A stretch of DNA of 64,000 nucleotides, taken from positions 4,960,001-5,024,000 of the forward strand of contig CM106585.1 of the NCBI GenBank assembly GCA_048013815.1, written 5' to 3'. The notes under the pieces are model-generated. The model was not told the origin of the DNA and made no database searches. It saw only the letters and a program-made list of their open reading frames with translations. This stretch comes from Setoptus koraiensis (Eukaryota > Animalia > Arthropoda). This document shows positions 35,941-46,077 of the stretch, piece after piece (the stretch's first letter is position 1; each line of letters opens with the position of its first letter). Position numbers and translations under genes: made by a program.

Positions 35941-37675
35941 AGGTACACACATACAAAACTAAGTTACTAAAATTGTTTGCGTGTGCCTTGTTTGTGCTAC
36001 AAGTATAAATCCGTCGGACTGATTGTGTGTGAGTGTGTGTAGTATGTGTGTTCTGATGAGTGTGCCGTTGCCAATGCCAACGCATCACAACCACCACCGC
36101 CACCACCACAACCACTACTACTGCAATGAAGAACAACAAGCCTGGGAGTTCGCTTGAGGTGAGCGAGAACTACTGTATTGCTATCAACTGAATTCGCGGC
36201 ACCTTCATTCGAGCCAAGGTACTACTGCCTCTTCCTTGTGTGTTTGCTTTCAAACATGCGAGACTCATCTATACACCTGAGTTCTATATACCAACACAGT
36301 TCCAACGTTTTTTGTATAATGTGCTTGTGTAATTATTTTGAGCCAGGTAGAGTTACCATGGAGCAACGCAGCGACTGCATAAGCATCGAACTCTGATCAT
36401 GAGAGTCCGACGGTATAAATAGTGTGTGTGTGTGTGTGTGTAAGTGTGTGTTTGTGTGCGAAAACAGTGCAATTTAAAACCGTCTGTATCATGCTTATGT
36501 AACTCCATGGGTGTAGTGGATATATCATTGTTGATGTTGTGAGTTCGAACCTGTGCTTGTGTATTTATGCTCGAGTCGACCGCCTGAACCCTGTACAGAA
36601 ATTGAGCAGCAGCGCCAACAACAACAACAACAACAGGCGTACTACTTCACTTGTTGTCTATACTCGATACACTACAGCCAAATATCCCAAATATTACAAA
36701 CACAATACGACAATCACACACCAGCGATCGTTGCCATGAAAACAACGATTATTACTATTGTTTAGCTGCCACTGACGTTGATTGGGAGCCTCGCCTCATT
36801 GGCTGGACACGAGGAACCGCCGTTGTCGAGCGTCAGCAATATTATTGTCATTGCAACACCAATTGGAGTCCAATAGGAGGTAGGAAGCATTATTGTATTA
36901 TAATTGCATCAGCAACACAAACAATCATCATCGGCAACTAATTGCAATATTTGATGAGGCGCAGGTTAATGGCGAGCACGAGGTTCCCGATTCTTCAGCG
37001 ATATCTATTTGGCGCGCCCATTTGCTGGCTCATCGAATCGACATCGAACACACCAGACACAGCACATAATAATAGCACACCGAATACCACAACAACAACA
37101 GTAGCAAACATGCAACACCATAGGTCACAACAACAATTCCAGCCAGCCAATGAGCCAATCAATAGCCTATCAATCACTATTATATAAGCCAGGCTACGGG
37201 CGACCCTCCGAGACAAATGAGCACACACGTAAACAGGCAGACCAATGTCATTTGCATCAAATCCATGACTGTTAAAACTACTATCCACTATCAGGAGACC
37301 AATTAGTCTAATTAATTAACTATGAGCAGCAGTGGCAATAACCATTGAGTGGCAATACACACACATACACACACACACACGCACGCATCAGCTTAGCACA
37401 ACTAATCTATCAATTGATTTGATAGTCAATATCAGCACACACCGGGCGCAAGTGAGGAAACAAAAGTTATCTACTATTGATACTATTAACATTATTATTG
37501 CATTTTTTATTAGTTTAAATTGTTTTGGCGCAATAGTTAGGCAATATTTTTTCTGATTTGTTAAAATTGTAACACAATCAATATTGGGCCTCACAATAAC
37601 ACACACACACGCACACACTTACATAGGTAAATAGGTAAATAGCAGGAACAGCACACACACACACACACACACAAA

Positions 37676-39198
37676 ATGCCATCCAGTATACATTCCGTCA
37701 GTGGACGATCCATTAATTCTATTGCCTCCACATTGACAACACGATCTCGTAAGTCCGCCGCGCCTAGTCAGGTGCTACAAGTGAAATGGTGGCAGAGGAG
37801 GCCCATTGTCAAGACTGCATACTTTTTGGACTTGCAAAAGGGAAGCTACGCGGCCGCTATCTACACTCTAGTGAGTACTTATATATGGGTCGATACCCGT
37901 CGACACACGTTTTAGGCTTTGCTCACTGAATCTCTAATTCTTTTAATTAACACTCTCCCATTGCCATATGATTGCTGTATGATTGCTGTTTTTTACGCAC
38001 GCAACAGGTTGAAAGCATACTACTACTCTTACTTTCCGCCTTCGACTTATACTGCCTCATCGAAGCCAGGCCCGGCTCAAAGCACTTCCGAAGTTTTGGC
38101 ATAAGCTTTTTATTTGTGTACAGCGGAAACAGACACAGTAAGTGTGAATACAACTAGCTAAACTAATCAGCTCACATAAATCACACACAAGCGAACATGA
38201 CGACTCATTGACGATTCTTTGTTTTTGTTCATCTATAACAACTATGATTGTGCGCGCAGTTCGGCGCGCCCTAATAGCCACCTCAGCCGTTCTGATTGTC
38301 AACGCCATTGTGCTGTTTGTTACCTCGAGCATGATAATACCCGCACTAAAGAAGGAGTATGAAGTCAAGTTCAGGCCCTGGCTCTACACCATGGCCGCGT
38401 TTGTAGTTATTCGCTTCGTTGCGACAATATTCCAATCGATTGTAAATGTAAGTAAACTCATGCGTGCATTATGCATGTTGCGCAATGCTCATTCGCTGTC
38501 ATTTTGCACCATTTTGCATCATAATGCATCATTATGCATAGTTATGCAACCCAAATTTCCCATTCGTTATCTCGCTGTCTGTGCGACTTATCGCCCGCGA
38601 CACACCCCAACTAATGCCCGTCATCTGTTTATGTGTTTCGCCACAATTGCCACGAATGCCACAACAACAATCACAGGATTTGTACTTTACGTATCATCAG
38701 GTGATGCTAATTCTATGGTTCGTCTTGACGATATTCAACGTGTTTGCATTGCTAGTTGTTTATTCTAATTATCAAGAATTGAGTGATATAACTAAAATAG
38801 AGGACATGGCTAAACTCAAAATGAGCACACTGAGCTCCATACAGGGCTCAAGGTCGTTATCGCACATGTCAAATCATTCGTTGGACTCATCCTATAAACA
38901 TTACGGTGCCACAATTAATTCAAATCCGTCGCCCTCTTACATGAGATCGCAGCACGTTGTTAATCAGCAGCCAACTTACAGCAACTACCCTCATCACTCG
39001 CATCACAACAGCGGCATGTATGGGGCCGGATTGGGTTCCACGTCTTCTACGCCCACGCCCAGTGTGTTGGCGCATCATTCGTCGACGCCGTCGTTGCGAG
39101 GCGGCGCCGCCTACACAATACCGCTGCAAATGTTCGACCTCAACAGGCCGCCCAGTGTGACCTCGTCTAATCACCGAATGGACCAAGAGTTTATCTGA
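37676..39198 (+). CDS. pasi2: pasiflora 2-like tetraspan septate-junction protein (4 exons)
   Basis: Exons 37676-37870, 38008-38137, 38260-38447 and 38677-39198 join in frame (344 aa). Motifs WWQRRPIV...LDLQKG, FDLYCL...PGSKH...FLFVYSGNRH, ALKKEYEVKFRPWL, IVNDLYF and ELSDITKIEDMAKLKM match Drosophila Pasi2 as I recall it. Confidence 0.85.
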
Positions 39199-39461
39199 CA
39201 GCGCAACAGCAAGAGAGAAAGTTTTAATTATTGTCAATTAATTTTATATTAAGTTTATACAAACAAACGAGCACAATAAGTATACATACTACAACCAATA
39301 CACTTTATATAAACACTGATTTTGGAGCTCACATTTTCTCGTTTTGGCGTATCGAAATTCTGTCATCTTGACATATCGGCATTTCGACATTTCGGCATTC
39401 CGACGCCCGGCCCCAATCAGTGCAGCAACAGTAAGTGGGGCAGTTGCTCTCATTTGCGCCA

Positions 39462-42400
39462 TCACAGGTCCCTGTCCAGCTGTGTGGGCTGATCGGGCCC
39501 GGCGACATGCAGCGAGACCATATCCAAGTGGGGCACGTCTATGTGATTGGTGGCCGGGTCGCTGGCGCTGCTGGCGGCGGCCTTGAGCGACGCCGAACAA
39601 CACGGCTCCTGACTGTACACGGGATTGCCCTGATTTGAGCCCAAATTGCGCTCCATTACGTAATTGATGGACGGGCCTGATTGGTATTGCAAACAGTATT
39701 TTGCAGAATAGAGGCCAATCACGAGGCCCACACTGACGCTCAAGAACAGCAGCAGCATGGAGACGTAGACGCTGCGCTTAGTCGATGATGTCTCATCTGC
39801 ATTGTCGTCTGACCGGCTCGAGCCCGATCTTGCCCGGAAGTGCTGCCCGAGGTCGCTAGTGTTCAATTTGAGCCGCAACTCATAGTGCCACATTCGCACC
39901 GATTCGTCGTCGTGTTTATTGTACACCAAATATTGATTATAATCGTTGTTGCGAACGTAGGAGCCAATATGCGACCACGATATGTTGTTGAGTTGACATT
40001 CGTAAGAGTTGCGCTTCAATTGTTTGTCGAAACGCATAATGTACTCGAACGATCTACAGGCCAGCTGTTCGTTCGGATTGACGCTGGCCAAAAAGCAAAC
40101 CTCGGCACACGCCTCCGGATCGTTGTGGTGCGGCCTGAAAACGCGCTGAAAATTCATGGGGCCCGTGATCAGGGCACTGTCAGCGCCCGCTTGCGACGCT
40201 TGTTGCATCATCTCTGAGCCACTCTTGAATCTGAATCCGTACTCGTGCGTAAAAAAGGCCTTGAAGTCTATTTTGTAGCCGTCAGCGACCAGATTGACGC
40301 TGTCGGCCTGGCCCAAGGCCGGCGTATAGTCTGTCAGACAGTAATTGTTTTGCGGCTCGAACATGAAAAAAGTGCAAAATTTTCTCTTTGCACTATTAGC
40401 GGAATTTTGGCCACTATTGGAGCCAGCCGTTTTCAAATCATACGCAACAAGCAGCAGCTGTTGCTCGTGCACATAATCCATGTTGGCCTTGTAACAAACT
40501 CTGGCGCATTGCTCCAGCGATCCCACCGACACAAGCGCCTTCTCGTTGACCACGACGGCCACCTGATACATCCTCTTGAAGGATTCCATATAGTTTCTGT
40601 TGTAAATGTTGCAGCGCTGATCCAGTTTCAGACTGACGCTCTTGACGCCCGCCTCGACGCTGTCCCTGAACAGCTCAGACTGTTTGAATTCGTCGCCCAG
40701 TCCCGTTTCTAAATCTATGACTATGACATCGTTCTCCGGCTTGTGTGCCCCTTTCATGTTGTACTGAGTGTCGAGCGCCATTCTATTGAGCAGTTGTTTC
40801 TGTTTCAGTTCGATCTCTTGCAGGAGGCGCTGATTCTTGAAACTCTGACCGGACAGGGTGCACTCGTATTGGCCATCGTTCAGGCACAACGAGAACGACC
40901 TGCAATAAAAATCCATGAGACAGGCACTGTGACATTGGGTCTGGTCCATGGATCGCTCCAACGTGTGCTGATCGCTATCATAACTCTCAATGGGCTCGTC
41001 GTTTTTGGCCATGTAACTGGCCGGATGAACGCGCCGCAATTGTGGCGACGGCCCCACGAAACCCAATCCGGTTAATTCGCGCAGCTCCCAATATTCCGCT
41101 CCGTTGCCACTCGTTGGCTGTTGTTTGCCTGGTTTTGTTGAGCCCCACCCAGCGTCTTCCTCCAAATGTATACGCTCAATGGAGAACTTGTGCACACCAG
41201 CAGCCTCCGTAGCACTGGGGGCACTTTCTTTGACCGGAAGTAGCAATGAAATATTCTGGTAGTAATATTTGGCCAATGAATATTGCAACAGGTCTACCGA
41301 GTACAAGTTGCCGTTGCTTAGTGGCGTGGAAGACAGCGTCATTTCCACTTTCTCCACGGAAAACATTGAGCATTTTCCATTCTCTGACGCAAACTGCTGC
41401 TCGAAATCTGTATCCAGTGATCCGGGCAATTGGGGCCCATCGCCAGCCTTGACAAACACAAGCAAACATTTGCCAGGACAAGACACGGCTTTGACTGCCT
41501 CTAGCGAGTGCACTGCTCGCCACATGCAATCATCCAGAGAGCGAGCCTCGCTTGAATCCAGGCGCACCCTGTTGTTGCCGCTGTACGTCAAAATATCCGC
41601 TTTAATTCTTTGGATAAATTTCACCTTGAAGCTCACTTCGGGCATGTCGCTCACTTTGACCGACACACCAATCATCAGGTTGTCTCTGTCGCTCACTAGC
41701 GTGGACTCCAGATCGGCCATTTGGGGCCAGGGTATGCTCAAAGTGTCGCCAATAGCTCGCACGAGGGCGTTGTTGCGGCTGTTTCGGTTATTCATCAGCA
41801 CCTTGTACACGAAATCCATGCCTGGCTGCCCTACGTCGCTGCTTGTGTAATTGAGCAATAATTTTAGCTTGGCAAATTCGCTGAAGTGGCCAACTGCGCG
41901 CCCTCGCTCCGGAAATTGACACTTTTCGTACACCGAAAACAAATTATCTATTCGGTCGCCATTGGGCAGATCTTGTAACCTCCAAACAAAATCAAAAATA
42001 TCTATCTGACGAACATGGGTGATCTTGGTCTTGGTGGTGCCAGGGGTGGATTTTGTTCGCTGCACAATGTCCATTTGAAGTAGAGGCCCCAAATCGTTGC
42101 TCGATATTATTGGAGTTGTTTGTTTGGCGCTCGATATTGTTGGAGTTGCTTGTTTGACGCTTGTATCGTTACTTAATTTGTTTGAAAAATAATACAATAT
42201 TGTGTAGGTACTCGGCCTAACTTGGGAACTGAATTGAGTCGACAATGGCGGAAAGAGCCAGTGAGGCGGCTCGTCGGTATCTCGCTCAAACACCAGCGCG
42301 TCTATGCCTCGCACAGTTGCACGGCCCATTTCGACCACCTTGCCAAAGCCCAATATTGAGCTTAAATCCGAGTACAATCTCACCTCTTCCGGTGACATTT

Positions 42401-43634
42401 TGACTGCGGCACACTGGCGCACTTGGTTGTCTTGGCTTTGCTGCTTCACCTCCAGTATTGGCACACTGTTTTTGCCATCGGCGCCCTCAATGGTTGTCAG
42501 CTGGCTACTTGACGAATGGTGCCTGTGGACAATGTTGTACTTGTAGGCCGAATTAACATCGTAAATGGTGCTCGACGACATCACCTGATCATATTGACCC
42601 AATTCGTCGAATTGAATTTCGTCGCGTCGCATAGTTCCGCCGGAGTGGCCCGAATAGCTGATAAAATACTCGAATGAGTCCTCTTCCTCGCCCATCTCCT
42701 CGAGCGTATCCACTGACCGAGCAACAAAGCTTATCTCGCTATTGGCCACCGCTAGATCTATCTTGTTCTGTAATACATTGTAGCAATCTGAGGCCACAGG
42801 CAATGTGAATGTATCGTATTCTAACTCTCCGGCCACATTGTCCAAATCATCATTGACGCCATCAATCAGTTTGATTTGGTAATATTCCACCTGTACCTGA
42901 TTTGAGGTCGCTGTATCCATCACTATGATTCGCAGCGGAACTTGATCGCTTGTTTCCAGCAATTCATCGGGTTTTTGGTCCTTTTCAGTGAGTGTTGCCA
43001 CATCATAAAATACCTCAACATCCCATTGTGTTCCGTCATCGTGCGACACAACTCCTCTATAAGTGATGGCTTTGACATTTCTGATTGATTTAAATTTAGT
43101 TGGATCTATTTCGGTTATACGCAATCTGTTTTTGTGATGGTTAACGAAGAATATCAATCTAGCTGGTCCAATTATGTAGTCAGGCGCTATCTGACTCCAG
43201 TCGGTAGTCACCAACGTGTAATGGTAGCCATACATGAAATTGTTGAAGAAGTCAGTGCTTGATTTTGTGCACTCCGATGATACAGACTTTGATTTGTACG
43301 TCCTGGTTTTAATCATTTCATTATTGTGATAATAAAACAAATAATTGTTTTCACCCGAATCTCCCGTATTCTTGCCATCGACAAGAATTTTCGCCTTAGA
43401 TTGTGCATGAGAATATTCTTCGTCCACGGCCACTTCGTTGTAATACATTTCTTCGGGTTTATGAGTTTCATACAAGCTAACCACTCTGCTTGAACACCGG
43501 AAAGATCTCACCTCCAATGAGAAATTACTGCTCTTATCATTTTTCTCTTGGACAGATATTGCAATTTTCAGTGAGCATAATGCAAATATCTTTATTATTA
43601 TGCAGTATAAATAGATAAACTTGCAGGAAGACAT
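39462..43634 (-). CDS. large type-I membrane protein with several PAN/Apple-like modules, intronless
   Basis: 1390 aa with a signal peptide, beta-rich N-terminal domains (ATVRGIDALVFE), Cys-patterned units (CHSACLMDFYCRSFSLC; CARVC...CTFFMF; CAEVC...CRSFEY...CQL), a TM helix VYVSMLLLFLSVSVGLVIGLYSA, and a short tail. Confidence 0.7.
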   Translation of the reverse strand: MSSCKFIYLYCIIIKIFALCSLKIAISVQEKNDKSSNFSLEVRSFRCSSRVVSLYETHKPEEMYYNEVAVDEEYSHAQSKAKILVDGKNTGDSGENNYLFYYHNNEMIKTRTYKSKSVSSECTKSSTDFFNNFMYGYHYTLVTTDWSQIAPDYIIGPARLIFFVNHHKNRLRITEIDPTKFKSIRNVKAITYRGVVSHDDGTQWDVEVFYDVATLTEKDQKPDELLETSDQVPLRIIVMDTATSNQVQVEYYQIKLIDGVNDDLDNVAGELEYDTFTLPVASDCYNVLQNKIDLAVANSEISFVARSVDTLEEMGEEEDSFEYFISYSGHSGGTMRRDEIQFDELGQYDQVMSSSTIYDVNSAYKYNIVHRHHSSSSQLTTIEGADGKNSVPILEVKQQSQDNQVRQCAAVKMSPEEVRLYSDLSSILGFGKVVEMGRATVRGIDALVFERDTDEPPHWLFPPLSTQFSSQVRPSTYTILYYFSNKLSNDTSVKQATPTISSAKQTTPIISSNDLGPLLQMDIVQRTKSTPGTTKTKITHVRQIDIFDFVWRLQDLPNGDRIDNLFSVYEKCQFPERGRAVGHFSEFAKLKLLLNYTSSDVGQPGMDFVYKVLMNNRNSRNNALVRAIGDTLSIPWPQMADLESTLVSDRDNLMIGVSVKVSDMPEVSFKVKFIQRIKADILTYSGNNRVRLDSSEARSLDDCMWRAVHSLEAVKAVSCPGKCLLVFVKAGDGPQLPGSLDTDFEQQFASENGKCSMFSVEKVEMTLSSTPLSNGNLYSVDLLQYSLAKYYYQNISLLLPVKESAPSATEAAGVHKFSIERIHLEEDAGWGSTKPGKQQPTSGNGAEYWELRELTGLGFVGPSPQLRRVHPASYMAKNDEPIESYDSDQHTLERSMDQTQCHSACLMDFYCRSFSLCLNDGQYECTLSGQSFKNQRLLQEIELKQKQLLNRMALDTQYNMKGAHKPENDVIVIDLETGLGDEFKQSELFRDSVEAGVKSVSLKLDQRCNIYNRNYMESFKRMYQVAVVVNEKALVSVGSLEQCARVCYKANMDYVHEQQLLLVAYDLKTAGSNSGQNSANSAKRKFCTFFMFEPQNNYCLTDYTPALGQADSVNLVADGYKIDFKAFFTHEYGFRFKSGSEMMQQASQAGADSALITGPMNFQRVFRPHHNDPEACAEVCFLASVNPNEQLACRSFEYIMRFDKQLKRNSYECQLNNISWSHIGSYVRNNDYNQYLVYNKHDDESVRMWHYELRLKLNTSDLGQHFRARSGSSRSDDNADETSSTKRSVYVSMLLLFLSVSVGLVIGLYSAKYCLQYQSGPSINYVMERNLGSNQGNPVYSQEPCCSASLKAAASSASDPATNHIDVPHLDMVSLHVAGPDQPTQLDRDL

Positions 43635-43966
43635 CTACGAAAAGTTTCTAGTTGAAGGCCTAATGAGAATGGTGGCTTGAGTAGGTTCTCGCTACCGGTT
43701 GAATATTTAAATATTTCTAAATTTCTAAGTTCAATGGTTATACTTCTGTATAACCAACTATGAGAGGCATTGATATAGCAAGAAAATTTTTAAAAACAAA
43801 AAACTGTCGACTCTTATCAAGTAAAATTTTATAAACCGATCATCTTTGTTGGGGGCCGACAACTTTTGACATCAATCTGCTTTTTATTTCTGATATCTGA
43901 AACAATCTGTGTGGCATGCTTTAGTTTACATCAGACACTGATGAACTACACTCGAAATAGCTCAAA

Positions 43967-45470
43967 TTAGTAGTAATTATCAATCTCGTTCGTTAATAAT
44001 TCGGACATCATATTTAGATTAGCGAAATAGTCGAGATACGACTTCAAACCATGATGCTGATCGATTATTTCTGAATCGCTGCAATGCCTTCTCACTGCCA
44101 TGAGCAACCTATCAGCGAGATGGTCCTCTTGCTTGATTAATTCTTGTGTGTGCTTCAGAAGACGTTGATTATTCTCCTGCTCTTCGGATATTTTTTTACA
44201 TATACTTTCTTTGTATTCGTTAGATTGCATATATGTCAGAAATGCTTTGACTTTCTTCTTGAAATCTTTAACCAGCTTGTCGAAGCTACCAGAAGGCATC
44301 CATTGCGTACGATCACAACACCAGGTATGGAAGTTGACTCCTAATATGAATCTAGCTTTTGTTCTAAGCATCCTGGTGCCAGTTGGGGATAATAACTGGA
44401 AGGACCTGCAACACTCTCCACCAATTTGTTGTGCAAAAGATTTGAAACAGCTGCTGCAGCAGCAGGATTTCTTTCCTTTTTATCTCCTTTGGAAGACTTC
44501 TCCTGTTGGCGTTTGAGTTTCTCATAATATCGCTCAATTCTAGAAGTATCTATGCTATGGAGATAATAGGATACAAGTCGATCTGTCCAAGATGAACTGT
44601 CCTTCTTTCGCTCGGGTCGGATTTCCCGAACATTCATTATTGAACCAATGTCGGTGAGATTTCGCTCCGTAATTCTAGTTTTGGGTGGACAAAATTTCTT
44701 GGAGGATATAATCTTGGTACCATCACTCAGTTCTGTAAATCTCCTTCCGAGCTCATGATCAACTTCGGGTCCGAATGCGAAATTGTTAACAAAAATGAAT
44801 GTGGCACGGTTGATCATTGATTTGAAGTCCGAATCGAAGAAATCACCTTTGATAAGTTGGAAATCGTTGTGAACATTGCCATGCCATGCCATCCAGAATT
44901 TAAATTTTGAGGTCATGGTTTCCGCATACTTGGCTGGCACGTCAGCTTTCTCGATACCTATACATTCTTCACATGTTGTAAGTGCAGCGATGTGTAAGAC
45001 AACTTGATCTACTCCACTTCCGAGATCAATGAAGACATCTTGGTCTGTCGATTGTATTTCTTAAATCATTTGTGCTGTGAATTCGGATGAAGTTTCTCCA
45101 TAAGCCCCAGATGGAAGAGGTTGATAGTTATTTAGTTGATCTGGATCGGTAACAGCATTATCTACTTGTTGTATCATGTGTTTAACCAAATCCACACATG
45201 GTTTGGTTGTCTTTGGCTTAAGAGGGCCTCCTGCGCGTTTTAATGTAGCTTGCACTAGCTTGTTGTACTTTTCGCTTACAAGTCGGACAGTTTCAAAACT
45301 TCTGGATATTCTTCAAAAATATTTTTGATGGGATTTTCGAGATCCTCGAATTCTTGGGCAACCCATCGAATAGTTTCAATTGTATCAGCGCCGCCATCTG
45401 TTTTATTTCCAGCCGAAGTATAAATAGCGGCTTCTTTGCCTAATGGCGAGTCTAAATATATATTGGGGTA
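43967..45470 (-). pseudogene. DOT1L: DOT1L paralog pseudogene
   Basis: Recognisable YGETS, FIDLGSGV, GIEKADVP, FVNNFAFGPEVDH, KIISSKKF and coiled-coil regions. Lesions: no start codon, a 7-nt frameshift at ~45303, TAA at 45061-45063, G>D in DLGSGVG (45007-45009), TAG at 44341-44343, and a frameshift at ~44310. 45188-45470 aligns with bases 1-308. Confidence 0.9.
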
Positions 45471-46077
45471 GTATACGGTGTGGAAATCTGCTCATGTCTT
45501 TAGGCCAAGTTCAAGAAAAAGACGCGAGGGGCGCTCGCATCATCCAAAAAATGAATTGAAAAGCCTGAGGTGTCTCGATAAATGTTGCGTTTTTTCTTCT
45601 TTATTTTTCTTTTCGCAAACACTAGACTCCACTGGCGAATTGGGGAAAGGCATTGCATGCTCGGTCCTGGTGTTGCCGATAATCTGTTGCACCGCGCAAG
45701 TTTGGTGCAGCAGCAGCAAGTTGTGAGTCAGGAGTTGCGACTCACAACTTGTGAGTATTGCTGTGCTGTGTGAGCCCGATCGACGCCGCTGCTCAAACGG
45801 TTTGAGCCCAAACCCGATAGTTACAACCGCTAGATACCGCAGGGGGAAATCACCTTGCGCACGAGCTCCATATTAGCAGGTTTATCTGACCCATGTCGCA
45901 CATGATGCGAGTTCTCCCCCCCCCTTTCAAACCCGAACTTTTCATAAACAGTATTATTGTCAGTATGATCGTTCATTGACGACTCGTACTGCATAGTATT
46001 CGAAACAGCACAAGATGTTTTATACATGTAAATAAATTTTCTCAACTGACCAATTATCCCCCCATGATAATATATGT

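Noticed and set aside
45558-45569. GAAAAGCCTGAG resembling the RNase P CR-I motif
   Set aside because: No complementary CR-V/P4 partner was found within a plausible distance.
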